A stretch of DNA of 64,000 nucleotides from an uncultured delta proteobacterium (GCA_963785725.1 CAWAWS010000039.1:128001-192000); one strand, 5' to 3'; counted from the first letter of the stretch, positions 21,395-32,701 are shown. Made by a program: numbers and translations. Notes: generated by a model not told the origin, from the letters alone.

Positions 21395-21439
21395 TTACAG
21401 GATCGCCTCTACCAGGGCAAAGCGCTTGTTATGACTCAT
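21395..21439 (-). CDS. Candidate 14-aa small ORF / leader peptide MSHNKRFALVEAIL
   Basis: ATG preceded by GGGAGGAG at 8-nt spacing, ends in TAA, and lies between a promoter and a terminator. Confidence 0.5.
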   Translation of the reverse strand: MSHNKRFALVEAIL

Positions 21440-21601
21440 CGAATTTTCTCCTCCCGCGGCACAGGGCCGGCGCCGGGCGTTGTGCCGCACGCGTGAGGGC
21501 AGCGGCGAACGCCGGGCGTTCATAAGGGGGCCTCATCGGCCCGTAACAAACGCGCGCAACCGTTCGCTGTCGTGGAAATCACGAGGCGGGTCACAACTGA
21601 G

Positions 21602-21630
21602 ATTCTAGCAATCGAGTCGCGTTCCGGCAA
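21602..21630 (-). promoter_or_regulatory. Sigma70-type promoter
   Basis: TTGCCG-N17-TAGAAT on the minus strand. Confidence 0.65.
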
Positions 21631-21734
21631 CTGGGGTCGATGCCGATTGCGGTCGATTGTGAACGCCGGGATCATTTCGCGCGGCAAAGACTTGCCGCGC
21701 GCGGAGAACGGCGCGGCGCGCGAATGGAACGGCG

Positions 21735-22922
21735 TTACCTACAAACGCGCTGAATGCTGGTGCCGTTGCTGAAGTACAAGTATTGCGCGTCGATGGTGAC
21801 GGCGCTGCTGGTCGTGGTCGTCGTCGTGTAGCCGCTGCCGTCGTTGCCGATGTGGACGATGGGCGCGCTGCTGTCGTCGTAAGCGGTGAGGCCGTAGAGC
21901 GTGTGGCCGTCGTCGGCTTGCGGATAGAGCGGCTGGGTCGTGAGCGCGGTCGTGCCGGCGCCGTCGCTGCGCTCGAGCGTGCTGCCGTCGCTCCAGTAGA
22001 TGGCGCTGCCGTCGCTGACGAGGATCGACGGCGGGGTGACGGCGGCCACGAGCTGCGTCGTCGCGCCGCCGTTGGCCAGCCGCTCGACGCCGGCGGAGTC
22101 GGCCCAGTAGACGGCGTCGTGCGTGGCGGCGAGGGCGCTCACCTGGCCCGCGCCGCCGGCGCTGGCGACGATGGTCCCGACGCTGTCGCCAGGCGCGAGG
22201 CGCACGATCTCGTTCGGCAGCGGCGCGCAGCCGGCCGTGCGCGTGCCCTCCTCTTGCACGTAGAAGACGATGCCGTCGGCGGCGGCGAGGTGGAGTAAGA
22301 GCGGCGTGTCGCAGCTGGGGTTGGCTTCGCCGGCAGGAACGTCGCGCAAGAACGTGGCGCTCTTGTCGAAGTATTGGATGCTGCCGGGCGCCAGATTCAT
22401 CCCCGCGTGGCCGTAGCGCATGACGTAGATGAAGTTGGCGTCGACGACATAATCCTCGGCGTAGACGTCGTCGTTGAGGCCGCCGAAGTCGAAGATCATC
22501 GTCGGCGTGCCGCCGCTCTTGGGCACGCGCGAGACCGCGAAGGGGCCGACGTCGAGGTAATAGACGTACTGATCGTCGACTTGGAGCGAGCCGGCGGAGT
22601 GCAGGCCGCTGACGATCGTGACCGGCGTCGTCGTCGTGCATGCGGGCGCGCCGCCGTCGCTGCCGCCGTCAGGCGCGCCGCCGTCGCTGCCGCCGAGGGG
22701 CGCCGCGGCGTCGCCGGGCATGGCCGCGTCGTGCGGCGGGGCGGCATCGGGCGCGCCGCTCGCCATCGCCGCGTCGGCCGGCGCGCCCGCGTCGTGCGCG
22801 TTCGTCGTGCCGGCGTCGATCGTCGCGGGCGGTGTCGAGGTCGGGTTGGACACGCCGTTGCCGTCGCCGTCGCAACCGGCAGTCGCAATCAACAGCGCGG
22901 TCAGCCAGCTCGCGTTGGGCAT
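21735..22922 (-). CDS. Hypothetical lipoprotein with low-complexity linker and probable beta-propeller
   Basis: Lipobox LLIATAGC, DAG/DGGAP repeats, repeated xDxxxVYW/IYW blade-like motifs. Confidence 0.7.
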   Translation of the reverse strand: MPNASWLTALLIATAGCDGDGNGVSNPTSTPPATIDAGTTNAHDAGAPADAAMASGAPDAAPPHDAAMPGDAAAPLGGSDGGAPDGGSDGGAPACTTTTPVTIVSGLHSAGSLQVDDQYVYYLDVGPFAVSRVPKSGGTPTMIFDFGGLNDDVYAEDYVVDANFIYVMRYGHAGMNLAPGSIQYFDKSATFLRDVPAGEANPSCDTPLLLHLAAADGIVFYVQEEGTRTAGCAPLPNEIVRLAPGDSVGTIVASAGGAGQVSALAATHDAVYWADSAGVERLANGGATTQLVAAVTPPSILVSDGSAIYWSDGSTLERSDGAGTTALTTQPLYPQADDGHTLYGLTAYDDSSAPIVHIGNDGSGYTTTTTTSSAVTIDAQYLYFSNGTSIQRVCR

Positions 22923-22983
22923 GCGAGACGCGATTGCAAATCCAACGCCCGCCGCCTGATGCGCAGCGAATATACGGGCGCCG

Positions 22984-23571
22984 TCAGGCTTCGGAGATGC
23001 CGTCGCCGGCGGCGCGATAGCCGCGGCCGCACGCTTGGCAGTACGCGGCGGCGCCGTCGATGCTGAGCTGCTCGCCGCAGCGGCAGATCCAGCCGTGCTG
23101 GCGCGCGGGCACGCCCCACACCAGCGCGTACGGCGGGATGTGCGCGGTCACGACGGCGCCGGCGCCGATGAACGCGTAGTCGCCGATGTTGTGGCCGCAG
23201 ACGATGGTGGCGTTGGCGCCGATGGTCGCGCCGCGGCCGACTTTGGTGAGCCGATATTCGTCTTTGCGCGACACTTCGCTGCGCGGGTTGACGACGTTGG
23301 TGAAGACGGCGCTGGGCCCGATGAACGCGTGATCGCCGATGGTGACGCCGTCGTAGACCGAGACGTTGTTTTGGATGCGCACGCCGTCGCCGACGACGAC
23401 CGTTGGCGCGATGTAGACGTTCTGGCCGAGCACGCAATCCTTGCCGATGCGCGCGCCGCCGGCGACGTGACAGAAGTGCCAGATCTTGGTGTTGTTGCCG
23501 ATGTGCGCGCCGTCGTCGACGACGGACGACGAGTGCACGAAGGGGCTCCGTCCGCGCGTGGCCACATGCAA
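22984..23571 (-). CDS. Hexapeptide-repeat N-acetyltransferase (WbpD-like)
   Basis: [54 protein letters not shown]. Confidence 0.92.
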   Translation of the reverse strand: MHVATRGRSPFVHSSSVVDDGAHIGNNTKIWHFCHVAGGARIGKDCVLGQNVYIAPTVVVGDGVRIQNNVSVYDGVTIGDHAFIGPSAVFTNVVNPRSEVSRKDEYRLTKVGRGATIGANATIVCGHNIGDYAFIGAGAVVTAHIPPYALVWGVPARQHGWICRCGEQLSIDGAAAYCQACGRGYRAAGDGISEA

Positions 23572-23638
23572 GCTTACTGTGACGAACGCGTGCGCACAAG
23601 CCGACGAGGCGAATGAGCACGAAAATGAAACCGGCGCG

Positions 23639-25717
23639 TCACTCCATCATCTTGAACATCTTGGCGAGCGCGGCGCGCGCGAACGCCTCTTCGTCCTCGA
23701 CCGTCGCCACCGTCGACGGCGCCGACGACTCGCGCGCGTCGTAGAGCGCGGGCGGAATCTCGGCCAAAAAACGGCTGGGCGAGCGATGTTGCGCCGCCGC
23801 GCGCATCGTCCGCTGCCGCGCGCGCGTCAGATACATGAGCTCGCGAGCGCGCGTGATGCCGACGTACATGAGCCGCCGCTCTTCGCCCAAGTCGACGTCG
23901 GCGGCGAGCACATCCGGCCCGTCGGGATAGAGCGTGCGCTTGTGCGGCAAGAGCTCCTCCTCGCAGCCGACCAAGAAAACGACGGGAAACTCGAGGCCTT
24001 TGGCGCCGTGCAAGGTCACCAGCGTCACTTGATCGGCGGCGCCGTCGCCTTCGTCGTCTTTGGTGTCGAGCGTGATGCGATGCAGGAAGCCTTCGAGGTT
24101 GTGGCCTTCACGCTGCTCGAAGCGCTCGAGCGAGCCCAAGAAACCTTCGAGGTGATCGAGCTTCTTTTGCGCGGCCATCGGCGTCGGCGCCGCCGCTTGC
24201 AAGTCGTCCTGCAAGCCGACCGACTGCATGAACGCGCGCGCCGCCTCTTTGAGGCCCCCCGGATGCAAGCCCGCCTGCGCCGACGCCAGCAGCGCGCGGC
24301 CGTTCTGAATGAGATCGCAGAAGCTCGCCAGCGCCGTGTGCGCACGCGCCTGCAGCTCGTCGGGCGCGATCTCGCTCGCCTTCTGACAGGCGTCGTAGAG
24401 CGGCACGCTCTTGTTGCGCGCGGCCAGCGCGATGCGCTCGAGCGTCGTCGCGCCGATGCCGCGCGCCGGATAGTTAATGATGCGCCGCAAGCTGATCTCG
24501 TCGCGCGGCGACAGCGCCAGCTTCAAATACGCGATCGTGTCCTTGACCTCTTTGCGCTCGAAGAAGGCCTGACCGCCGACGACTTTGTATTCGATCGAGC
24601 GCGCGCGTAATTCCTCTTCGATCGGCTGCGCCTGCTTGTTCGATCGATAGAGCACGGCGAAGTCGCGCGGCCGAAACCCGCGCGTCGCGCACAACAGCTC
24701 GATCTCGCCGGCGACGAACTCGGCCTCGTTCTCGACGTTGGCGCAGGCGACCATTTGCAGCTTGTCGCGCGGCGGTTTGGCCGTCCACAGCCGCTTGTCG
24801 TGTCGCTTCTTGTTGTTGCTGATGACGGCGTTCGCTGCGTCCAAGATATGCGGCGTCGAGCGGTAATTCTCCTCGAGCTTGACGACTTTGGCGCCCGGGA
24901 AATGCGTCTCGAACTCGAGGATGTGGCCGGCTTCGGCGCCGCGCCAGCCGTAGATCGACTGATCGTCATCGCCGACGACGCAGACGTTGCCGTGCGCGCG
25001 CACCAGGTGATTCAACAAGTTGAATTGCGCGCGATTCGTATCCTGATACTCGTCGACCATGACGTAGCGAAAGCGCTTCTCCCAGCGCGCGCGCACCGCG
25101 TCGTCGCGATCGAGCAGGCGCACCGTCTCGCAGATCAGATCGTCGAAGTCGAGCGCGTGGAAGCTCTTGAGCGCCTCCTGATATTGCGGATAGACGTCGG
25201 CGGCGGTGCGATCGTACTCCTCGTCGTCGTCGGAGAATTGATCGGCGTATTCCTCGGGCGTCATGAACGCGTTCTTGGCCCGGCTGATGCGAAACAAGAT
25301 CGCCTTCGAGTCGTAGCGGCGATCGTCGTCGCTGGAATAGAGCCGGCGCAGGATCTCTTTGACCGTGCCCAGCTGATCGCTGGAGTCGTAGATCGTGAAA
25401 CCGGTGGGGAATCCGAGCGCTTCCTTCTCCGCCTTCAAGATCTGCAGGCCGAGCGCGTGGAACGTCGAGAGCGTGCACTTGCGCGCGGCCCGACCGCCCA
25501 ATTTGTCGACGCGATGGCGCATCTCGTCGGCGGATTTGTTGGTGAAGCTGACGGCCAAGATCTCGTCGGCGGGCACGCCCAGCTCGAGCAAGTGGCAGAT
25601 GCGATAGGTGATGACGCGCGTCTTGCCCGAGCCGGCGCCGGCCAAAACCAGGAGCGGCCCGTCGACGATACTGACCGCCTCGCGTTGCGGCTGGTTCAGC
25701 TCTTCGAGGCGAATCAC
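23639..25717 (-). CDS. UvrD/Rep/PcrA SF1 DNA helicase
   Basis: [59 protein letters not shown]. Confidence 0.97.
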   Translation of the reverse strand: MIRLEELNQPQREAVSIVDGPLLVLAGAGSGKTRVITYRICHLLELGVPADEILAVSFTNKSADEMRHRVDKLGGRAARKCTLSTFHALGLQILKAEKEALGFPTGFTIYDSSDQLGTVKEILRRLYSSDDDRRYDSKAILFRISRAKNAFMTPEEYADQFSDDDEEYDRTAADVYPQYQEALKSFHALDFDDLICETVRLLDRDDAVRARWEKRFRYVMVDEYQDTNRAQFNLLNHLVRAHGNVCVVGDDDQSIYGWRGAEAGHILEFETHFPGAKVVKLEENYRSTPHILDAANAVISNNKKRHDKRLWTAKPPRDKLQMVACANVENEAEFVAGEIELLCATRGFRPRDFAVLYRSNKQAQPIEEELRARSIEYKVVGGQAFFERKEVKDTIAYLKLALSPRDEISLRRIINYPARGIGATTLERIALAARNKSVPLYDACQKASEIAPDELQARAHTALASFCDLIQNGRALLASAQAGLHPGGLKEAARAFMQSVGLQDDLQAAAPTPMAAQKKLDHLEGFLGSLERFEQREGHNLEGFLHRITLDTKDDEGDGAADQVTLVTLHGAKGLEFPVVFLVGCEEELLPHKRTLYPDGPDVLAADVDLGEERRLMYVGITRARELMYLTRARQRTMRAAAQHRSPSRFLAEIPPALYDARESSAPSTVATVEDEEAFARAALAKMFKMME

Positions 25718-25776
25718 CCGCTCCTTTTGCCGCGCGGCCGCCGACGATGCAATCTTGTTTTGTGGATCTTCCGAAC

Positions 25777-26295
25777 ATGTACGACGCGCTCGTCGAGCGC
25801 CTCGAGGCCGAAGGCGTGCGGCTGGTGACCAAAGATCGCGTCTGGCATCAGCGCGCCATCGATCGCGTGCTGCGGATCGTCACCTTCGGCGGCAATTCGG
25901 CCTATTTGGACCGCTACGTGACGACGATCGGGCGCACGATCTACCTGACGCCCGATTGGGACGAGCGTCCGCTCGCCGACCGCTACGAGACGCTGTGCCA
26001 CGAGGCGGTGCATCTGGCGCAGTTTCGCCGCTGGGGCTTGATTCCGATGGCGATCGCCTATGTCCTACTGCCGCTGCCGTTTGGGCTCGCCTGGTGTCGC
26101 ATGCGGCTCGAGCGCGCGGCGTACGAGGAGACGCTGCGGGTGGCCTATCATCTCGGCGGCCGGCGCGCGGTCGAGCGGCTGCGCACGCACGTGATCGCGC
26201 AGTTCACGAGCGGCAGCTACGGCTGGATGTGGCCGTTTCCGCGGGCTTTGGCGCGCTGGTTCGACGACTTCGTGGCCGGTCTGGAGCGCAATTGA
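25777..26295 (+). CDS. Hypothetical protein with HExxH motif
   Basis: TTIGRTIY...LCHEAVHLAQ...LERAAY; typical codon usage; TGATG overlap with the next gene. Confidence 0.7.
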   Translation: MYDALVERLEAEGVRLVTKDRVWHQRAIDRVLRIVTFGGNSAYLDRYVTTIGRTIYLTPDWDERPLADRYETLCHEAVHLAQFRRWGLIPMAIAYVLLPLPFGLAWCRMRLERAAYEETLRVAYHLGGRRAVERLRTHVIAQFTSGSYGWMWPFPRALARWFDDFVAGLERN

Positions 26296-26624
26296 TGTTC
26301 GCCGCGACGCCCGCGCCGCCCTATGTCGCCGTCATCTTCACCTCGCAGCGGACGCATGGCGACGACGACGGCTATGCCGCGATGGCCGACGCGATGGACG
26401 CGCAAGCGAAACATCAGCCCGGCTACCTCGGCATCGAGAGCGCGCGCGGCGGCGATGGCTTCGGCATCACCGTCAGCTATTGGCGCACGAGCGAGGACGC
26501 GCGCGCCTGGAAGCGCGTGGCCGAGCACGTCGGCGCGCAGCGGCTCGGCCGCGAGCGCTGGTACCGCGCCTATCGCGTGCGCGTGGCCGAGGTCGGGCGC
26601 GAATATGGCAAACGCGAACCGTGA
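26295..26624 (+). CDS. Antibiotic biosynthesis monooxygenase (ABM) family protein
   Basis: PPYVAVIFTS, QPGYLGIESAR, GITVSYW, EHVGAQRLGRERWY. Confidence 0.88.
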   Translation: MFAATPAPPYVAVIFTSQRTHGDDDGYAAMADAMDAQAKHQPGYLGIESARGGDGFGITVSYWRTSEDARAWKRVAEHVGAQRLGRERWYRAYRVRVAEVGREYGKREP

Positions 26625-26663
26625 AGTAGCTTGCCTGTCCGTTAGTGGTATAAGGTCCTCGTA

Positions 26664-27257
26664 ATGCGTCGCGTCACCGTCGAGCGCAAGACGTCCGAGT
26701 CGGAGATCCGCGTCACGCTCGATCTCGACGGCACGGGCCAGCGCGCCATCGATACGCAGCTGCCGTTCTTCACGCACATGCTGGACGCGTTCGCGCGCCA
26801 CGGCCTGTTCGATCTTACGCTCTTCGCGCGCGGTGACGTCGACGTCGACGGCCACCACGTCGTCGAGGACGTCGGGCTCGTGCTCGGCGACGCCTTCGCC
26901 GAGGCGCTCGGCGACAAGCGCGGCATCCGTCGCTACGGCGAGTGCACCGTGCCGATGGACGAGACGCTGGCGCAGGCCGTCGTCGACTTCAGCGGCCGGC
27001 CGCATCTCGTCTGGCGCGTCGACGGCATCGCCGGCAAGTGGGTGGGCGGCTTCGACGCCGAGCTGGCGCACGAGTTCTTCCAGGCGTTCGCCAATCGCTG
27101 CCAGTGCAACTTGCACCTGCGCCTGCATTATGGCGACAACGCGCACCATATTTTGGAGGCGCTGTGGAAGGCGTTCGCGCGCGCCTGCGGTGACGCGTCG
27201 CGCGTCGATCCGCGCGTCGCCGGCGTGCCGTCGACGAAAGGGACGCTGACTGAATGA
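26664..27257 (+). CDS. hisB: Imidazoleglycerol-phosphate dehydratase
   Basis: DGHHVVED, PMDE, NAHHILEA, PSTKG. Confidence 0.97.
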   Translation: MRRVTVERKTSESEIRVTLDLDGTGQRAIDTQLPFFTHMLDAFARHGLFDLTLFARGDVDVDGHHVVEDVGLVLGDAFAEALGDKRGIRRYGECTVPMDETLAQAVVDFSGRPHLVWRVDGIAGKWVGGFDAELAHEFFQAFANRCQCNLHLRLHYGDNAHHILEALWKAFARACGDASRVDPRVAGVPSTKGTLTE

Positions 27258-27279
27258 TCTGCGGCTGTAGGCATTACGC

Positions 27280-27921
27280 GTGATCGCGCTCGTCGACGCG
27301 GGGCTCGGCAATCTGCGCTCGGTGCTCAAGGCGCTGGAGGCGACGGGCACGAGCGAGCCGGTCTGCGTGACCAGCGATCCGTTGGTCATCGCCGATGCCG
27401 CGCGCGTCGTCGTGCCCGGGCAGGGCGCGTTCGGCGAGTGCGCGGCGTCGCTGGGACCGGAAGCGCCGCTCGGTGAGGCGATCGCCGACAGCATCCGCGC
27501 CGGCAAGCCCTATCTCGGCATTTGTCTCGGCATGCAGGTGCTGTTTCAGTCGTCGGAGGAGTCGCCCGGCCATCCAGGCCTCGGCATCTTCACCGGCCGC
27601 GTGCGCAAGCTGCCCGCCGGCGCGCACGACAGCGACGGCCGCCGCTTGAAAGTGCCGCACATCGGCTGGGCCAAAGTCGCCGTTCGCGGCTCGCACCCGG
27701 TGCTCGACACCAGCGCCGGCGACGGCTGGTTCTACTTCGTGCACAGCTATCACGCGCGGCCGGAGCCGGAGGATCTGATCGCGGCCGTGGCGGCGTTCGG
27801 CGACCTGCCGCTGACGGCAGCCGTGGCGCGCGACAACATCGTAGGCGTGCAGTTTCACCCCGAGAAGTCGCAGGCCGCCGGCATGGCGCTGCTCAAGCAG
27901 TTCGTGGCATGGCGATGCTGA
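27280..27921 (+). CDS. hisH: IGP synthase glutaminase subunit
   Basis: GNLRSV, PGQGAF, GICLGMQ, FVHSY, QFHPEKS. Confidence 0.97.
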   Translation: MIALVDAGLGNLRSVLKALEATGTSEPVCVTSDPLVIADAARVVVPGQGAFGECAASLGPEAPLGEAIADSIRAGKPYLGICLGMQVLFQSSEESPGHPGLGIFTGRVRKLPAGAHDSDGRRLKVPHIGWAKVAVRGSHPVLDTSAGDGWFYFVHSYHARPEPEDLIAAVAAFGDLPLTAAVARDNIVGVQFHPEKSQAAGMALLKQFVAWRC

Positions 27922-28637
27922 TCATTCCCTCGATCGATCTGCTCGACGGTAAAGTCGTGCGGCTGCGTGAGGGTAAGCGCGAGTCGGCGCAGTTTTACGC
28001 GGCGACGCCAGGCGAGGTCGCGCGCGATTACGTCGCGGCCGGCGCCAAGCGCGTGCACGTGGTCGACTTGGACGCGGCGTTCGGCTCGGGCGACAATCGC
28101 GCGGCTTTGGCGGCGATTTTGGCGGCGGGCGCGGAAGTGCAAATCGGCGGTGGCGTGCGCGACGTGGACGGCGCGCGGGCGCTCGTCGCCGCGGGCGCGG
28201 CGGCCGTCGTCATGGGCACGAGCGCGGTCAAGCAGCCGGAGCTCGTGCGCGCGTTGTGCGGCGAGCTGCCCGGGCGCGTGGTCGTCGCCGTCGACGCGCG
28301 CGACGGCAAAGTGGCGGTCGAAGGCTGGGCCGAGGCGACCGACGTCGACGCCGGCGAGCTGGCGTCGCGCGCGGTCGGCTGGGGCGCGGCGGCGATCTTG
28401 TACACCGACATTTCGCGCGACGGCACCGGCGTTGGGCCCAACGTCGAGGCCACGGCGCGGCTGGCGCGCGCGCTCCATCCGGCGCCGGTGATCGCCTCGG
28501 GCGGCATCGGCGCGCTGGCGCATGTGCGCGCGCTGGCGGCCGCGGGCGTGCCGCAAGCCGTCGTCGGACGCGCGCTTTACGATCGCGTCTTCACGCTCGC
28601 CGAAGCCGTCGCCGCCGCTGCGGAGGAGCGTTCATGA
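27915..28637 (+). CDS. hisA: ProFAR isomerase
   Basis: IIPSIDLLDGKVVRL, HVVDLDAA, QIGGGVR, TDISRDG, IASGG. Confidence 0.96.
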   Translation: MLIIPSIDLLDGKVVRLREGKRESAQFYAATPGEVARDYVAAGAKRVHVVDLDAAFGSGDNRAALAAILAAGAEVQIGGGVRDVDGARALVAAGAAAVVMGTSAVKQPELVRALCGELPGRVVVAVDARDGKVAVEGWAEATDVDAGELASRAVGWGAAAILYTDISRDGTGVGPNVEATARLARALHPAPVIASGGIGALAHVRALAAAGVPQAVVGRALYDRVFTLAEAVAAAAEERS

Positions 28638-28719
28638 GCGAGCGTGAGCGAGCGAATGTGAGCGAGACCGGTAGGGTCCGCGGATCGACGGGCTGCTCAG
28701 GGCCGCGTTCGGAGCGTTC

Positions 28720-28723
<4 letters not shown>
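28634..28723 (+). repeat. MIRU-like intercistronic element with 29-aa mini-ORF, copy 1
   Basis: ATGA overlaps at both ends (hisA stop, hisF start); GGAGCGTTCATGAGCG occurs at both ends; the 3' part matches 50749-50799. Confidence 0.75.
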
Positions 28724-29501
<778 letters not shown>

Positions 29502-29505
<4 letters not shown>

Positions 29506-30131
29506 GCGAAGCAGCGAGCCCACGCAAGCTGACGGCGGCGGTCGTGCAACACGCGCTCACGGGACGCGTGCTCATGCTCGGCTATATGGACGACGAAGCG
29601 CTCGAGCGCACGCGCGCGACCGGCCAAGTGCACTTTTGGTCGCGCTCGCGGCAGCGGCTGTGGAAGAAGGGTGAGTCGAGCGGCAACGTGCTGCAGCTCG
29701 TCGATCTCAAGGCCGATTGCGACGCCGACGCCTGGCTCGTGCGCGCCTTGCCCGCCGGGCCGACGTGCCACACCGGGTCGACGTCGTGCTTCGGCACCGA
29801 CGGAATCGAGCCCGCGCCGACGGAGCTGGAGGCGCTCTATCAGACGATGGTGCAGCGTCGCGCGGCGCCGGAGAATACCCGCTCCTACGTGAAGTCGCTG
29901 CTCGCCGAGCCGGAGAAGATCGGCGCCAAGATCGTCGAGGAGGCGGGCGAATTCGTGGCCGAGCTGCCGCGCGGATCGCGCGAGCGCGTCATCGCGGAAG
30001 CGGCCGATCTGGTGTTCCACGCGCTCGTCGGCTTGGTCGCGCGCGACGTGACGCTCGAAGACGTCGCCCGCGAGCTGCATCGCCGCGCCGGTGTCAGCGG
30101 GCTCGACGAGAAGGACGCGCGCAAGACGTGA
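29502..30131 (+). CDS. hisIE: Bifunctional PR-AMP cyclohydrolase / PR-ATP pyrophosphatase
   Basis: [41 protein letters not shown]. Confidence 0.95.
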
Positions 30132-32104
30132 ACGCCGCCGCCGACATCCTCGGCCCCGGCGGTCTGTTGGCGCGGGCGATTCCCTCGTACGAGCCGCGCG
30201 CGTCGCAGGTGCACATGGCCGAGCGCGTCGTCGAGGCGCTCGAGCAGCGGCGCGCGCTCCTCGTCGAGGCCGGCACCGGCACCGGCAAGACGCTCGCCTA
30301 TCTCGTGCCGGCGATCGCCAGCGGTCTCAAAGTGGTGGTCTCGACGGGGACGAAGAATCTGCAGGAGCAGATCTTCAAGAAGGACATACCGCTGTTGCAG
30401 GCGCATCTACCGCGCGAATTTACGGCGGCGAACATCAAGGGCATCGCGAACTACCTCTGTCTGCGCCGCTTCAACGAGCACACGGCGCGGCAAGCGTCGC
30501 TGGCGACCGACGGGCGGCTCGAGTCGACGCTCGACGCCATTCGCACCTGGGCCCAGTCGACCGAGACCGGCGATCGCGCGGAGCTGCCCGACTTGGCCGA
30601 CGATTCGCCGGCCTGGCGCGAGGTCTCGCCGACGCAGGAGACGCGCCTCGGGCCGCGCTGTCCCTACTTCGAGCGCTGCTTCGTGACACAGGCGCGGCGA
30701 CGGGCGCACGCGGCCGACATCATCATCGTCAATCATCACCTGTTCTTCGCCGACCTGGCGCTGCGCTCGCTGTGGCCGCAGGCGCAGCTGTTGCCGCCGT
30801 ACGAAGCGGTCATCTTCGACGAGGCGCACCAGCTGGAGGACATCGCGACCGACTATTTCGGCGTCGGCGTGTCGTCGCTGCGCCTGATGGCCTTGACGCG
30901 CGATCTGAGCCGCGCCGTCGCGCAGTCGAACGTGCCCGATCAGCTGGGCGCGACCGCCGTCCACGTCGATATCGCGGCCGAGGCGCTGTTCGACGAGCTG
31001 CGCCGCCGCCTCGCCGGTCGCGGCGAGCGCGTCTCCGTCGACGGCGCGACCTGGGAAGGCGAGACCGAGCGCGCCGCGCACGCGCTCGACAACGCGCTCG
31101 AGGAGCTGGAGTCGGCGCTCGCCGCCGCGCGCGCCGAGGCTTCGCACGACGGCGGCGAAGAGGCGCGCGCGCTCGGCCGCCGCGCCCGCAGCGTGCGCGA
31201 CGACCTGGCGCTGCTCGTCGAAGGCGCGCAAAAGCACGACCGCCGCCACGTCTTTTGGGCCGAGCAGCGCGGCCGCACGATCTTGCTGCACGCCTCGCCC
31301 GTCGACGTTAGCGACGTCTTCCGCGAGCGGCTGCTCGGTCAAGTCGAGACCGCGGTCTTCACCTCGGCGACGCTGACGGCGGGCGGCAGCTTCGACTTCG
31401 TGCGCGCCCGCCTCGGCCTCGAATCGGCGCTGGAGGCGCGCTTGCCGTCGCCGTTCGACTACGCGCGCCAGGCGCTGCTCTACGTGCCGCGCGATCTGCC
31501 CGAGCCCGCCGACGCGTCGTTCGCGCAGGCGGCGGCGGCGCGCATGCGCGAGCTCATCGACATCACCGACGGTCGCGCGTTCCTCTTGTTTACGAGCCAT
31601 CGCATGATGCAAAAGGTGCATGCCCTGTTGGCGCCGACGCTGAAGCAGCCGGTCTTGTTGCAAGGCGAGCAGCCGAAGCATCTGCTCGTCGAGTCGTTCA
31701 AGCGCCAGCTGGGCTCGGTCCTGTTCGCGACGGCGAGCTTCTGGGAAGGCGTCGATGTCGTCGGTGAAGCGCTGTCGCTCGTGGTCATCGACAAGCTGCC
31801 GTTCGCGCCGCCCGATGACCCGCTCATCGCCGCCCGCGCCGCGCAGCTCGTCGAGCAGGAGCGCGATCCCTTCTTGGACTATCACGTGCCGCGGGCGGCG
31901 TTGGCGTTGGCGCAAGGTTTCGGCCGGCTGATTCGCCATCGCGGCGATCGTGGCATCGTCGCGCTGCTCGATCGGCGCGCGGCCACGCGCGGTTACGGCC
32001 AGAAGGTGCTGGCCGGCCTGCCCGCCGACTGTCCGCGCACGGCCGCGCTCGACGACGTGCGCGCCTTTTGGACGCAAGATGCGGCGCGCCGTGCCGTTTC
32101 TTAG
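30128..32104 (+). CDS. DinG/YoaA family Fe-S SF2 helicase
   Basis: EAGTGTGKT, NYLC, VNHHLFFAD, FDEAH, TSATL, FWEGVD, QGFGRLIR. Confidence 0.95.
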   Translation: MNAAADILGPGGLLARAIPSYEPRASQVHMAERVVEALEQRRALLVEAGTGTGKTLAYLVPAIASGLKVVVSTGTKNLQEQIFKKDIPLLQAHLPREFTAANIKGIANYLCLRRFNEHTARQASLATDGRLESTLDAIRTWAQSTETGDRAELPDLADDSPAWREVSPTQETRLGPRCPYFERCFVTQARRRAHAADIIIVNHHLFFADLALRSLWPQAQLLPPYEAVIFDEAHQLEDIATDYFGVGVSSLRLMALTRDLSRAVAQSNVPDQLGATAVHVDIAAEALFDELRRRLAGRGERVSVDGATWEGETERAAHALDNALEELESALAAARAEASHDGGEEARALGRRARSVRDDLALLVEGAQKHDRRHVFWAEQRGRTILLHASPVDVSDVFRERLLGQVETAVFTSATLTAGGSFDFVRARLGLESALEARLPSPFDYARQALLYVPRDLPEPADASFAQAAAARMRELIDITDGRAFLLFTSHRMMQKVHALLAPTLKQPVLLQGEQPKHLLVESFKRQLGSVLFATASFWEGVDVVGEALSLVVIDKLPFAPPDDPLIAARAAQLVEQERDPFLDYHVPRAALALAQGFGRLIRHRGDRGIVALLDRRAATRGYGQKVLAGLPADCPRTAALDDVRAFWTQDAARRAVS

Positions 32105-32693
32105 CGTGCGCTTCGACGCGGTCGCGTATGGGATCGTCGTCGCGGCGTTCCTGCTCGGCTCGATTCCGTTCGGCGTGCTGCTGGCCAAAGCGCGCGGCGT
32201 CGACCTCAAGAAGGTCGGCTCGGGCAACATCGGCGCCACCAACGCCGCGCGCGCGCTCGGCAAAAAAGTCGGGCTGGTCGTGCTCTTGCTCGACGCGGTC
32301 AAGGCGTGGCTGCCGACGGCCTACGCGCTGTGGAACGGGCAGCCGCCGGCGGTGGCCGCGACCGCCGCCTTCGCCGCGTTCGCCGGCCATATTTACTCGC
32401 CGTGGCTGCGCTTTCGCGGCGGCAAAGGCGTCGCCTGCGCGTTGGGCGCGTTCTTGGCGCTGTCGCCGATCGCCACGGCGTCGGCGCTGGGCGTGGCCGT
32501 GGTCGTCATGGCGGTGACGCGCATCGGCTCGCTCGGCTCGCTGGCGGGCACGACGGCGATCGTGCCGGTGCTGCTCTGGCGTCACGAGCCGCGCGTGTAC
32601 GTCGTGTTGGCGGCGGCGATGGTGGTGCTCATCGTCTGGCGCCATCGCGAGAACCTGCGGCGCATCGTCCACGGCAAAGAGAACAAGATCTGA
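32091..32693 (+). CDS. plsY: Glycerol-3-phosphate acyltransferase
   Basis: LLGSIPFG, GSGNIGATN, GHIYS, GGKGVA, RHRENL. Confidence 0.95.
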   Translation: MPFLSVRFDAVAYGIVVAAFLLGSIPFGVLLAKARGVDLKKVGSGNIGATNAARALGKKVGLVVLLLDAVKAWLPTAYALWNGQPPAVAATAAFAAFAGHIYSPWLRFRGGKGVACALGAFLALSPIATASALGVAVVVMAVTRIGSLGSLAGTTAIVPVLLWRHEPRVYVVLAAAMVVLIVWRHRENLRRIVHGKENKI

Positions 32694-32701
32694 CGTAAGC
32701 G

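Noticed and set aside
21395..21439. tmRNA tag reading frame
   Set aside because: It has its own RBS and ATG, lacks the ALAA-type end, and no tRNA-like ends were found.
21678..21701. Perfect 10-bp hairpin CGCGCGGCAA-AGAC-TTGCCGCGCG
   Set aside because: Probably just a 3' stem for the lipoprotein transcript; no U-tract and no other copies seen.
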